This document shows positions 45,711 through 58,179 of a stretch of 64,000 nucleotides of DNA, piece by piece (positions within the stretch are counted from its first letter, which is position 1; the number at the start of each line of letters is the position of its first letter). Under the pieces are notes generated by a model. The model saw nothing but the letters and a program-made list of their open reading frames with translations, was not told where the DNA came from and did no database searches. The stretch is from assembly GCA_964234715.1 (NCBI GenBank), contig OZ174280.1. The stretch is one strand, 5' to 3'. Position numbers and translations under genes: made by a program. The DNA is from Podarcis melisellensis. Taxonomy: Eukaryota.

Positions 45711-48499
45711 GGTGTGGCAGCTACCTTGGGTTAAGCAGACTTATAAAACTGCATTTCCCTAAAGTGTGGATAGTAATGGATTCAGGAGCTATTTTGGCAT
45801 GCAAGTGGTATATAAATAAAGGAAGTCACCCTGGGTATCTTCATATGTTGCGTGCTGATGAAAGAGTCCCAGAGCCCAGTGAGTCCCTCAGCAGCAAACA
45901 GTGTTTGTGGGGAACTGTTAGCATTCATTTGCTTTCTAATCTATGCCATGAATGCTCTGCTGCTTGCAGACACTCTTGGGTTACCTGTCTGGCCTCAGCT
46001 CAGGGACGTAATAAGAAGTGGGCTTACTTGCAAGCTGTTCCTTGTGAATTGTGGTGATTCACAGGAGACCTCAGGGAAGGCTGCTTGCCAGCAATTAATG
46101 CCCTGAAGACTCTGAGGGCAATGTCCCATAGCAACCTTGCTCTGCCAGAGCTCTGTGCCTGTATGGGAGGGGGGAGTGGTGGAACGTAGGCAGGCAGATT
46201 GGAGTACAAAGCAATTTAATTAGCTGTGAGCCTTCTTGTATGTCTCTTAGGGAAGGAGTACTTGGCAGATTGAATGCTCACTCCCACTACCCTTTTGTGA
46301 GGCCTTTTGCCAGGACTACTTCTCAAGATCGTGGTGGATGGAAACTGCTGAAGTGAAACTGCTGAAGAAGAAGAAACCATGCAGACCTTGCCTTCCTGTG
46401 CTGGGACAGAATTTGTATCAACTCCAATATCCTAAAAGGATGACTTTGATTGTGTAGGCTGCAAATATTCCATACCATTAAATTCTGCACCATAAGAACT
46501 AAAATGCTGGATAAATTATGGGCTGGGTGGATTTATAAATCAAGGTAGGAATGTTCATGTTTTGCTGCCTGCATCAGTGGGGCATCATGTCACACTGCAG
46601 GGTGCTTGGTAGGTCTGATGTGGTACCATATAGTGCCACTTTTAATCTAGCAGGCACTCAGCATGAACTGACCTTAGCACTCCAGAGGCCCCTTGAACCC
46701 CTGTCCATGTAACACGGGGGAGAGGTGGTGGCCAGATGAAAGCAGAATGTCTGAGCTTACAGGCACAGTACTGGCCAGGCCAAAAGTTGTCCTGGTGTTA
46801 TTCCTAGTTGGCTAGCACACCTTCCAGTGCTAAATAGCAGGATGTCCTTTGCATTAGACATCCCTGCAGCATCCTGTGTCTTTTGTGTGAGATGTCAGAA
46901 GTCTTGTGTGCTGCTAAGCACTTAATCACATGCCATTTCTGACCAAGCAGGTGCACTGCCCAAAATGAGATGTTCCTGTTGCTAGGCAACTGCCCAGTGT
47001 TGTCCCCTCCTCACTCTGTTTCCCTCCCCAAATATCCATGCAGCCAGGACTAAAATGTAATAGCAGTGGTGGACCAGCTAATTAGACATGGACGTAATGC
47101 TTGGCCCCCTGTGCTTTAATATTATGGGGTATGAAGCATGCGCCCAGGAGACACCGTGCTAAGTGAAGGGATGTGAAGACAAAGGCTTTCTTTTGCATGA
47201 GTCACCAGCTATCTACCAACAGCCTATCCAGTACTATAGGCAAACACCTCCACCTGAAAGATACTCTTTCCTGCCCAGGGGCAATAACACACCACCACCA
47301 GGCATTCTGCAGATAGCAATGTAAACAATTCATATGCCTTGTACATGTTTTGCTGTTGCTGACCTCCACACATTTATACATGCATTATACCTTTGTACAT
47401 GTGTACTCTAGGCAAAAACCTGCCTTTTGCAACATGTCTGAGTGATTTGCTCCACTGAAGGACAAATTTCTCCATAGACTCTTCCCTCCTGTAGCAGGTG
47501 CATGCAGCCTATGCTGGAGTATTTGCCTGCCCTAGGGGTGGGAGAGAAAGGAGGTTCTTTTGGGGGCTGATTACTCTGTTGCAGATTGACAGCTCAGCTT
47601 TTACTCTCTGAAGGGGTGCCAGGATAACAGATGCTGTTGCATTAATTCAGTCATCCTGCTCCTGGGGATATTTTTAGGTCCGCTAGTGAACAAGCATAGA
47701 ATTTGGAACCTGAGCCATCAGCTCCTTTCAGAGTCAGCAGTTCAGAATGGCAAAGCAGTTTTGGCAGTCTGTCGCTAAGGAAGATGCTTCGGAATCCAGG
47801 TGAGGCCAGGGCTCAGCAATTCAAGGTAGGATTTGGGGGGTGGGGGAGCACTCTCATTTGAAAAGCAACTCTGTCCGCAAAAGAGATATTCCACTGCAGG
47901 AACAGCATTGCCATTAATATATCTCATGACTGTCAGGGATTTGGGGAGTGTCAAAAAGCCACTGTTCAAGATCTGGTTGTGTTTTTATAATATTCAGAGC
48001 TGGATATGGTGCACTGTGGTGTGGGTGTATTGTACAGCTGGTAGCAAATGCAAAACAAACTGATTAGATGTGTATAGAAATAGATTTGCAGATATGAATC
48101 CGAATGAATGCAGAAAATATGTCAGGGCTGCTGCTTGTGAGAGATCAGCACATGATATACTATTCAGATGGCTTATCTGTGAACATGTTTCAAATTCCTA
48201 AAAATGTCACAGGTTCTACCACAAAGAGCACTGTGTGAAATAGTCCACCCTAGAAAGCGCTGGCACTCTTAAAATGCATGAATGCTTTTGGAAGAAGCTG
48301 GGGGTGGGGTGGGAAGAACTCGTGCAATCATACAGAGCAGAAACAATATCATGGCTAAGTCTGGCCAATTGCATCCTGAAATTTTCCAAGCAAACAGCCA
48401 ATCATAGAAGCATCTAATACATTCTTTTCAGGTATCTCTCTGATCTACAACAGGCTCTAACAGTTATTCTCTAATCAGCTGATTTAAGTTAGATAATTT

Positions 48500-48690
48500 C
48501 AGACCCTCCAAGTGTCCCTATTTCCCAGGGACGTCCCTGATTTATAGAAGCCATCCTGGTTTCTGATTTGATCCCGGAATGTCCCACTTTTCTTACGATG
48601 TCGCTATTTTCATTGGAGGGTATGACATCTGATCCCCCAAGCTGTCTGAAGGAAATCCTCTATAGGGAAGTTTTTTTTTAATGTTTATAT
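48500..48690. mobile_element. second copy of the 8309-8530 repeat family
   Basis: Near-identical AGACCCTCCAAGTGTCCCTATTT.. block. Confidence 0.75.
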
Positions 48691-48699
48691 ATACTGTAT

Positions 48700-48765
48700 G
48701 TTAGAAGCTGCCCAGAGTGGCTGGGGCAACCCAGTAAAATGTGTGTGTGTGGGGGTATAAATATA
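48700..48765 (+). mobile_element. L2 3'-terminal fragment
   Basis: GAAGCTGCCCAGAGTGGCTGGGGCAACCCAG..GGGGTATAAATA. Confidence 0.7.
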
Positions 48766-48823
48766 TTTTAACTTCAAAAGAGCTGTGGGGGTTTGGGTCA
48801 GATCAGAGATTTGGCACTGGCAG

Positions 48824-49046
48824 ATTGAAATTGAAATACTTTATTGTCACTTGTACAACTTGTATACAGTGAGATTACACGAGCACCCCCCCCCCACTCA
48901 GCTCTCTTAGTCTTAATTCTTGTCATTTACTGATGCACACACCCTGTTGTTATCTTTTCATTCAGCAGCCTAACAGCCCATGGATAGAAGCTGTTCTTTA
49001 CCCTGTTGGTGCGACTAATCATGCTTTTATATCTTCTGCCTGAGGG
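48824..49046 (-). mobile_element. Rex1/Babar LINE 3' end
   Basis: Minus strand translates PSGRRYKSMISRTNRVKNSFYPWAVRLLNE, the characteristic Rex1 RT C-terminal motif; AATAAA and short (TTTCAA)n tail on the minus strand. Confidence 0.8.
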
Positions 49047-50914
49047 CCTATTATTACATTCTTTAAATTTCCATATTGCCCTTCATCTGAAGATCACAGG
49101 GCGGTTTACAATATAAAAACACATGCATTTGTATTGATCTAAGTAATACATTTCCAAAAATGCTGTTATTTGTTCTGGGAGAGGGGAGAATTCAGGCAAC
49201 ATGATACATGTACCTGCATGCTTTCCCTCATGAGGCAAATGGGGGAGGAAGGGTATATAGATTTAGACTGGGAATGGGGGGGGGGGACACATGGGGAAGA
49301 TGTAAATGATCCCTTTCTCAGCACTTCCTCACTGATTCAATTTGCACACACCCACACCCAAAAAAATCTGGTTTGAACAATAACTCCGTGTTTCTAATCT
49401 AGCTTTCACCTACAGTAAATGCATGATGCATGGCAACTGCATTTGTTATATGTGTACAAATGTTTGCATTGTAAACACCACAAAGTGTGAAGGAGAAAAA
49501 TGTGAAGGAAGAGGTGAGTAGTGGACTTCTGCCAGGGAACCCTAATCTGCCACAGCTGCCATGCACTGTATGCATTATCTACAGGCTTTTTGCTTCACAC
49601 TTTCCAGTGCTCATTGCCACAAAGACTGATGTATACACAACAAAGTGTTGGCCATGTGACATAAGAACTGACTCACCTCAGAATCACTCAGGCAAGACTC
49701 CTCTCTCATGGAATCATTATACATGGCTGGCTCAACTGAATAAACAACCCAGACAATTATTTAAGATACTGATATTTTTATGGCTACTAAGGCTGCATAT
49801 TAACTGAGAGGCATGTCCCAGGGTCCCCTGCAGGGTCACAGTGGGTTCTAAAAAGCAAAGGTAGCTGTGTTGGTCTAAAAGAAAAAACCTCCAAAGCTGA
49901 GCGATACCTTTCTTGGAACCCATCCAAATGTCACTGAAGTGTGGCAAACCTCTATAAGTCTTAATCAAGCACACAAAGCAGAGGGTGATGGGGCAAGGAA
50001 AAATCAACTAGTAAAAAATTAGACACATGAAAGCTGGAGTTAGTGAGAGGCTGACTAGAGGTAGGCTACAGCCACTCATTTAGCACAATAGATTCCGGAG
50101 GATGATGGATGATGAATTATCGCTGCTGAAATCCAAGAGCTAGATCAGTGTGCCAAAGAGGTGCGAGTCCTGCATGCATTGTTCATTTATTGGCCTTTTT
50201 GTAAATCTGGCCATAGTCTGAGTCAGAGAGTTGAGTATCAGCAGAACGTCCTCTTCCACTTAGTTCGCTGAGCTTAGTTAGGAAGGATAGGTACTCCCTG
50301 GGGCTGCACCTGAGCTCTCTAACATTTTGTTAACAATTACAACTATGGGACTCGGCTTATCACCCACAGAGCAGCCTCTGCTTACTTCCATTAAGTTAAA
50401 AGGCTCCTGCTGGGATGCTTTTCTGAGAGACACCTTGAATAGACTAAGTTAGCAACAAGATATGATGAGAAAATTAATGGAACCTATTTGCACACTGATT
50501 GATTCATCATCGTGCCTTTATCTATTCTATTGATCATAACTTCCTGGCTTTAAGAAACACAGGAATTTTGTCTCATTTAAAATAATTATTTGCTTAGTAG
50601 AATATATATAAGACATGGATTTAGAGGAGAGAGAAGAAGAAGAGAGCTGCTTAGGGAAGCAAAGTTCTCTGATAGCAGGAAAGTGTGTGCCCTTTTCACC
50701 ATTGTATGTGCTGTGAAGTACTAAGGATAACAAACACAGCACACCTAAGACAACTGGCTGCCCAAAGGGCACATCTGCACCTTCCCCACCCTCTTATTTC
50801 AGTGCTGGTAACAGACATTGTCCTCCACTGTGCTTGAGGGCAGTAGGCTAGTTAGGGGATACAGGACATGATGCATGGTGCACTCTGCTTCCAACAGAGA
50901 TAATAGTATTTTAT

Positions 50915-50980
50915 TTTAATCTTTTGTTGGAAGCCACCCAGAGTGGCTGGGGAGACCCAACCAGATGGGCAGGGTAGAAA

Positions 50981-51035
<55 letters not shown>

Positions 51036-51041
51036 TAAATA
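50915..51041 (+). mobile_element. L2 3'-terminal fragment with (TAAA)n(TAA)n tail
   Basis: ATCTTTTGTTGGAAGCCACCCAGAGTGGCTGGGGAGACCCAACCAGATGGGCAGGGTAG closely matches 5939-5995. Confidence 0.85.
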
Positions 51042-52476
51042 AGCTGAGTGGCAGCCACACAAACAGACACCACTGCCACCTAATACAATCACTTCACTCT
51101 CTGGGTTGGTTCTGTGAGCAGTGCATGAACCTTTGAATGTGCAAAGCTATTGTCTGACTATTGGCAAGGCAACCCACAAATTGACCAGTTTCAACAAGGA
51201 GAAATAGCAGGGATGGGTACAACTCAGAAGCAAACACCAGAAATCAAACACAACAGAGCTGTTTTCCAACTGCCACTTCTCCCCCATATCACCCCCTGTC
51301 ACAATTACAGCAATTGCAGGCTTTCAGAGAAAGAAGTACTAGATAAAAGAACAAGATCTTATAAGAGACAATTGTTTTAACACTTAACAATTTGAAAGAA
51401 CAAAATATGTTCCTAGAACAGGGAGTATAGACTCAAAAGATTAAGCAGAGTTGCAAATTATGACCAACTTAAGCCCATCTTTTATAAATAAAAGAGGTGA
51501 ATTTAAATTTATAAACTTTAGATTTGCAAAAGGAAGGGATCAGATAATGGTGATTCCCCCAAGTTAAGTCCCTGTAATTCTATCCTACTTCTCTTCTGCT
51601 CCATTTTCCTTCCCTATTTGGGCAGCGATTTCCTTCTCCCCTTTTATGCAGGATGATAATATGGCGATGATTCTTTTTCTTCTTGGTTCTGGACATTCCT
51701 GCTGAGAAAGGGGTGAAGTGGAGAGTTGCACATGCCAAATAAACCTTGGAGCTTTTCTTATGTGCTCTCTTCTTGAAAGCATCAGTAAATCCCAGAGAAG
51801 CTGTACGACATTATAACGTTGTTTAATCAAACTTAATTACTTCCTAGTTTTTATGTCCTCTTAGCGTCATCCAGCTTGACATCTGTTTGAAAATACCATT
51901 TAATGTGAAACAACACATTAAAGCCCTAAACACCACCCAGTAATCATGGCCCTAATCTTCTAGGTGGCAGTTAGATGGTTGCCTGCATAGACTGATCTTG
52001 AGTACACAGTTTCAAGATTCAGTTGTCTCAAGATTCATTGTGGCAGGAAATCTGATTTTGTTGTGGAGGCTTTCCAGCAGGTAAGACACCTGAGAGCATG
52101 GAGTTGTGTTTCCAGAGAGACAAAACACAGGCTGAATAACAAATGAGAACCTTGTCGCTGTCTGTCTTAACTACCTAGATAATTGCTAATCTCACCTTTT
52201 GTCAGAAGCAGGTCATTGCCTATATCAGAGGTCATGTGGTTTGTGAGTGAACATAGTTGGCTGGAGAAGAGGTGAGTGGTCGAACCCTCCAGCATCCAGC
52301 CATGATGAGGCCATTTAGTTTTTTGTGCTCAGCGTGGGGTGTGATGAGGGATTGTTGTGATGAGCTGCGACTGGATTCTTGTTGTTTCTTTACCTTGTAC
52401 ATAGTGATAGCTTGCCCCAACTGCTTAAAGTGGACTTCAGTTGAAGGTGCTGAATAATACTAATCCTTATCACATT

Positions 52477-52658
52477 CAGGTAGGTAGCCGTGTTGGTCTG
52501 AAATAAATGAAAAACTTTAAAAATTGTCCAGTAGCACCTTAGAGACCAACTAAGTTTGTTCTAGGTATAAGCTTTTGTGTGCATGCACACTTCTTCAGAT
52601 CTGGACTACTGGACAATTTTTTAATTTATTTCGACTGCGTCAGACCAACATGGCTACT
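52477..52658 (-). mobile_element. Penelope-like element remnant with inverted pseudo-LTR ends
   Basis: Inverted arms GTAGCCGTGTTGGTCTG / CAGACCAACATGGCTAC and AAAATTGTCCAGTAG / CTACTGGACAATTTT; 10-bp TSD TTATCACATT at 52467-52476 and 52659-52668. Confidence 0.8.
52564..52600 (-). ncRNA. decayed minimal type-I hammerhead ribozyme motif (Penelope-associated)
   Basis: Minus strand AU-CUGAAGA-A-GUGUGCAUGCACAC-AAAA-GCUU-AUACC: core box 1 intact, palindromic helix II, box 2 GAAA read as AAAA. Confidence 0.65.
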
Positions 52659-52959
52659 TTATCACATTATTTCACAGGGACTAGGTCTCTCCTAAAGAAT
52701 TGCTTTACGAACCATGTATCTTTGTTAAGGTGTTTAAGCTCTGTTAAGCCAACCCAGCAGCTGCCAGTATCTTATTTCATTAGTAATTAGGTTCAACAAA
52801 ACCTTTTGTCACTAAATCTTGTTTACTTTTATTAATTTCAATGTCTTGTACTTAGTTCTGTTGGACAGTATGCCTATCCTCTCACAAATTTGGGCCTAGT
52901 TAGACTTGGTAGCATGAAATGGGTCTAACTCCCACCCCACCCCCACAGGGCATTTCCAG

Positions 52960-53220
52960 CAGGTGACAGCCTATAACAAATCAGACAAGGAGTGGACAAA
53001 TGACACCTTGATGTTGTAACTGATATTATCATGGTCCTGGGATAGTATTCTTGCAGGGTCTGGTTGACTATTGTTGCTGGTGAGAGTAGCTGTTTTAAAT
53101 TAGGGAGCCATCTGTAAGCAAGGACAGAACTTCTACTCAAGCACTATGAGAAGGGTATCTCATTGTCTAGGATGAGCACTGATGATACATTGGAATGCTT
53201 TAGGTGGAGCTGTGAGTGAA
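52960..53220 (-). mobile_element. degenerate Penelope ORF remnant (RT/GIY-YIG linker)
   Basis: ORF 52925-53140(-) contains VLAYRWLPNLKQLL..SRCHL..C, resembling the PLE linker motif AYRQPPNLKQ..PRCQLC. Confidence 0.55.
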
Positions 53221-53997
53221 AAGAAATGGTGTTATGTTGCTTCCTCTCTTGGGTATGTCCTGAAAAGGAAAAAAGGTGAATAGCATGAGAAGAGCCCTGA
53301 TTGTTCAGTCAGATGACCACTGTCAAGCATTCTGCTCCCACAGTGGCCAACCAGATGACTATGGGAAGCTGGCAGCAAAAGTCCTCTTCCATTTGTTGTA
53401 GTAGGAAATGTTGAAATGTTTCATTTAATCCAAACAGAGTTTAGTGGATTAAGTCTCTTTCCATATGTTATCTCAGGCAGCTTTAGAAACTAATGCAATT
53501 TCTAGAGCCAATTTCTTGGTTAGTTCTGTCGGCTTTGAGGACTGCCTTATATGTTGTTCATATTATCCTTGGAGGATTGAATTATTTCCTTGAGTGCAGG
53601 GTGGCAGAGCTAACACAGTTGAGAGGAAAATCCAAATCCCTTCATTTTCACCAGTTCTTCATATTGCTTATGATTATGATTGGGGGGAGGGGATGGCACC
53701 TCTGTTGTGTCCTTATTTTTAAAATTCTGATAGGGAAACACAACACCTGACATTTTATCATCTAGTGAAGTAGTTTTCATATGCCAGGGATAGGAGGACA
53801 TGTTGAAGTGTTTATGAGAAATATGCAAATACCAAATACAATTGGTTTTTTAAATGGTGGCAATCAGTCCAAGATGAACATAAGCTGAACAAAGTCCACT
53901 TGGTCTTCTTGTGTCATGTGCAAAATAATGACTGGCCTGTAGTAAAAATATGATCTGTAGTTTTATGGATCAACGTTGCTACACAACAATAATGTGG

Positions 53998-54135
53998 AAA
54001 GTTCCAGGTTCAGTCCCTGGCATCTCCAGTTAGGGTTGGAAAAGACTCTTACCTGAAACCTTGAAGAGCCATGTTGGGCAACACTGAGCGGGATAACGAA
54101 TGATCCAAATCAGTATAAGGCAGCTTTCCTTATTC
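53998..54135 (+). mobile_element. Squam2-like SINE
   Basis: CCAGGTTCAGTCCCTGGCATCTCCAGTTAGGG..CTGAAACCTTGAAGAGCC..AACACTGAGC..CAGTATAAGGCAGCTT. Confidence 0.6.
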
Positions 54136-54794
54136 CTAACGTTGCGTCATAAAAAGCTGATGTTATATTCATACGTATTAAAAGAGCAGCTTTTTCCAAC
54201 ACTCAAGAAGCAATAATGACACATAGCATTCATGGGAGATTCAACTGCAAAAGTCGTTGAACTGACATTAGAAAGGATTTAGAAGTGAGATACAAGAGAG
54301 ACAAAGAATCCAGAAGGCAAATTATCTGAGGAAATGTGGGAGAAATCATGCATTTTTTTAGTCCAGAAAAGAAAACTGAGGGAAACAGTATGAGTTTTCA
54401 GGCAGAGTTGTTCACTCCGAGAAAAGGGCAATATGTAAGGGTTAATTTATGTGAAGCATTAGGATCGACTTTCTAACTGTAAGAAACCTGATGAGGGAAC
54501 ATTGGAGGTATCGGCTAAGTAATCTTCAGTTAATGCTTTAATGGTAATGCATTAGGTATAGAATATCCTGGTCTAGGGCAAAAGTTGGAGCAGATGATTC
54601 ACTGGTCCCCCTTCCTTTGGGAAGCAATCGGGAAGCATGATTTCTATGGGCACTTTCCAGCCTATGTTAAAGACTTTAATGCCCGATTTAAACAGCAGAT
54701 TTCTCTCATTCTAATATCAAGTAAACTTTGTATATGCTACTTTTAGGCTGGATTGTGTTCCATTTATGTATTAAATTTCTTAGACACTTCTCGA

Positions 54795-55170
54795 GACACA
54801 TGCTGATGGTGCCCAGCAATTTGATTTTATCATGTCAAGCATGTGTGATTTGCACTGACTGCTGATTAGTTTCCAGGTTCAATTCAGGATATTGGTATTA
54901 GCCACAAAGCTTTCAATGGATTGGGACGTAGGTATCTCATGGACTAGCTTTTTCAGCAGGCTTCTCTGCTCCACAAGTTGCAATCATCATCTGAGACTCT
55001 GCTGCAGGTCCTACAGCCTAATGAGGTGAAGGTAGTGTCAGCTAGGCTTAGGGCTTTCCCCCATGTAGCACCCACCCTATGGAATGTCCTGCCAAGAGAG
55101 AAATGTTAAGCTCCTTCACTGTATTATTTCAAGTGTCTGGTGAAGTCATGATTTTGTTATAAGGATTTTG
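54795..55170 (+). mobile_element. old degenerate L2 LINE fragment
   Basis: Translates LH*LLISFQVQFRILVLA..AFNGLG..APTLWNVLP, homologous to ORF 5294-5920. Confidence 0.65.
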
Positions 55171-56369
55171 GCTTATTAAAAAGCTTTTGTAACGGCTTAG
55201 GTTATGTCTATTTATTGACTGTTGGGATTTGTTGACTTGTGGTTTGCTGTATTGGATTTAGTTCAGAGTGTTCTTGTATTATTATTTAATATGTTGAATG
55301 GCCTTTTGTTTATTTGGAAAATAACGTGGTGAATGCTGCTAACAGTGACAACCTTTTAAAAACCAGTATAGAAGCAAAGTTGAAATATAATAAATATACT
55401 AGCGCATTCAAAAGAGCCCAGCAGAAATATTAGCAAATGAAAATGCTTTTAGTTGCTGGTGGAAACTATTTAATGAAGGGGGCACTCTTATCTCTCAAGG
55501 GAGTTGTGGATCTAAAATGAAATTGTGAAAGACCTACTTGTAATGGATAATCTACTTAATCACAAAAGCATGGTTAACTCAACAACTGACACAAAGAGCG
55601 CAGACTGACTACATAAAGATCATCAAAAAATTCAGGTCAGCTGCTTACATGTCAATGTTTAATGAGGAGATGGCAGTCTCCACAGTTTCAGTGTCACACT
55701 GAATCTAAAACTGAGATGTTTGCGTCTTGCATTATGTCCAAAGCACAACTGTACAGTATAAAACTAAAAAAGAGCACTTGGAACAATTCTAATTTAAACC
55801 AAAACAAATGCAAGGCACTAACTCAGAAAAACACACACAGCAGACTCTTAACAGTGAAGGAACAATTGTTGGACTCAACTCAATGCTGTCAATCTTTAAT
55901 AACTACGCCAAAAAAGAGGTGGTGCTTAAGTAATAGAAATATTTTGAAGGAAACTCTGTGAATGCTAAGTAACACCAACAAATATGTAAGAAAAGTGAAG
56001 GAAGAGTGTAAGGAAGAAAGTTGAGAAATTTAAAGTGACAACATTAAACTTAAATGCTCTGAAAGATATAGGATGAGAATATCATAGAAAGTGGCTACTC
56101 TCACATGAATTTTTATTGGCTAGGCCTTTGTAGTGAAGGCACCATATTTGTGAAATAAACTCCCGGGGGGGGGGGGGTAATCTGCCATGCTCCCTTTTTT
56201 TCTATTTTTAGACACCAACTAAAGCCTTTTTCAAAAATCAGCTGGCTTTCAACACATGGTCTGCTATTTTAATAAATTGCTATGGTCTGCTGCTTTTAGA
56301 TTGTTACTATAATTGACGTATAAGTACTTCCATTTTATTGTTTTGTTTTTTGTATGACTTCTATATCAA

Positions 56370-56372
<3 letters not shown>

Positions 56373-56402
<30 letters not shown>
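56373..56402. repeat. (TG)n microsatellite
   Basis: Direct reading. Confidence 0.95.
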
Positions 56403-56405
<3 letters not shown>

Positions 56406-58179
56406 TATAAGCCATTTGGTTGTTTTACTGAAAAGCTGGGTAAATTCTTTTTAAACGCTATATAGTAGTTATACAAATATGCATTCCTTGCCAGGTTGTG
56501 CAAAGATTCCACAAAGCATGTAAACTGATGTACAAGCTAACCTATGTTGAAGACCAGTTGTTTATCAGAGAAGGATAGAGTGCATGTTCACTCTTATAAA
56601 TTTCAAAAACTGATTAATGCAATGCTCTGTTGCTCAGTCCTATCTGTTCACTCACCCCTTTCTTAGTTCTCAAATTATTCAGCTCATTTAATCTACTCCA
56701 CTTGTTGCTATAATTTAATTCTTAATTTAAACTTGACTTCTTATTGCTTTCTATTTAAATGTTATCTATTGAATTTCAAAAGTTTAATTATCTCTGTCCT
56801 ACTCATGTAGCCGTTCATCCCCTTCTCTTCCCTTTCTTGCTTTTTTGGTTCCTCCATTTCCCAACTGTACCCTTTTTTCTTGGTTGTTCTCTTCTTTTTG
56901 TTGTGCTTTACCCCTTTACCTATTCCACTCAACTGTTGGTGCATTTAGATGTCCAATTAAAACTTCACCAATTTTCTTTAATTGATCTCACACCTTTATC
57001 ATTTCCCGTCACGAATCTTTTTCCTTTATATGTCTTGTCTTAGAATTGTAAGCCTGCATTTTTTCATTTTGTTTTATATACAACTAGTTTATATAGGTGC
57101 TTTAGAAATAATAGGATAATGCTACTTGACAGTTCACAGCAGGTGATGAACATGATGCAAAACCGAGTGGTGTTGGTTTGTTATAGTTGCTTTTTTATTG
57201 ACATCAGGAGTAAACTGGTAGAAAGCAAGCACTGCTGCAGAAAGAAGCATTAAGTGTGAGATGATTTGGCTTAACAAAGTCTTATAAAGGTAGCATGAAT
57301 CTAGCTAAATATGAAGTGCTGGAAAATCCCTAACTAGAGGAAAACTTTTCAAACTGAGAGATCAAGTAACCATGGCAGTTCATTGAGTAGATAGAATATG
57401 GTCTATCTGACAGGCAGGAGCTCTTGCAGGATTTCAAGTAGTAGCCTTTCTCAGTCCTGTTACCTGCGTTTTTAAATAGACACCAGTGATTGAAACTTCA
57501 GCATTCAAAGCATAAGATCTACACTAATCTATGCCCCATTAATGGATTGCTAACTTCTGTGTTATTTTGCACTACTCATTCAACAGGATGTTTGAATCCT
57601 TTACGAAGCCATTGGCTCCAATCTGCTGCCCCACATTTACACCTGCTAGCCTACATTTCTCCTCAAACCCTAATCTATTTGGAAATTCCCACATTTGCTT
57701 TCTAGCTGTTATTTTTATTTGTCTCAGCTTTTTAGGGATCTCATTTTGCTGAGATGCAGGTAAGTAGTTTGTCTCCCTCCCTATGGAGAATCTTACTTTT
57801 ATTATCTATCTTTGGGGGCACCTTTGTTCTCCTCATTGCACCGCAATTCTACTTTTTCAATCAGGCTGCTGCTGCTGTTTCTCTGTGTTTATTAAGGGAC
57901 TTACAGGCCACGTCCAAAACAGCCCTTATTTTGCAGGATACTTGCAGTTGGCAGCAGAGCATAATGTTATTTATCGTTTTAGGAAGAGAATACATCCAAG
58001 CCCCAGGAGGAGATGTCTTGAAAGACATCTCCCCCTACCCTTCTACAGCTCCATTTTGTATATTTAGGCTCTGCCCTACAGCCTCCCCACCCCACCCCTG
58101 GAGAGGACCCAAACTAGCATTTTGCAGGACGGAAGTTCCGCTGGCATGCCTTGCCGCCTCCTTAACCCTCTCCTACTCT

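Noticed and set aside
56700-57045. Purine-skewed minus-strand stretch with a K/E-rich 60-aa ORF
   Set aside because: May be an old L1-like fragment, but it has several stops and no diagnostic motif, so I cannot support a call
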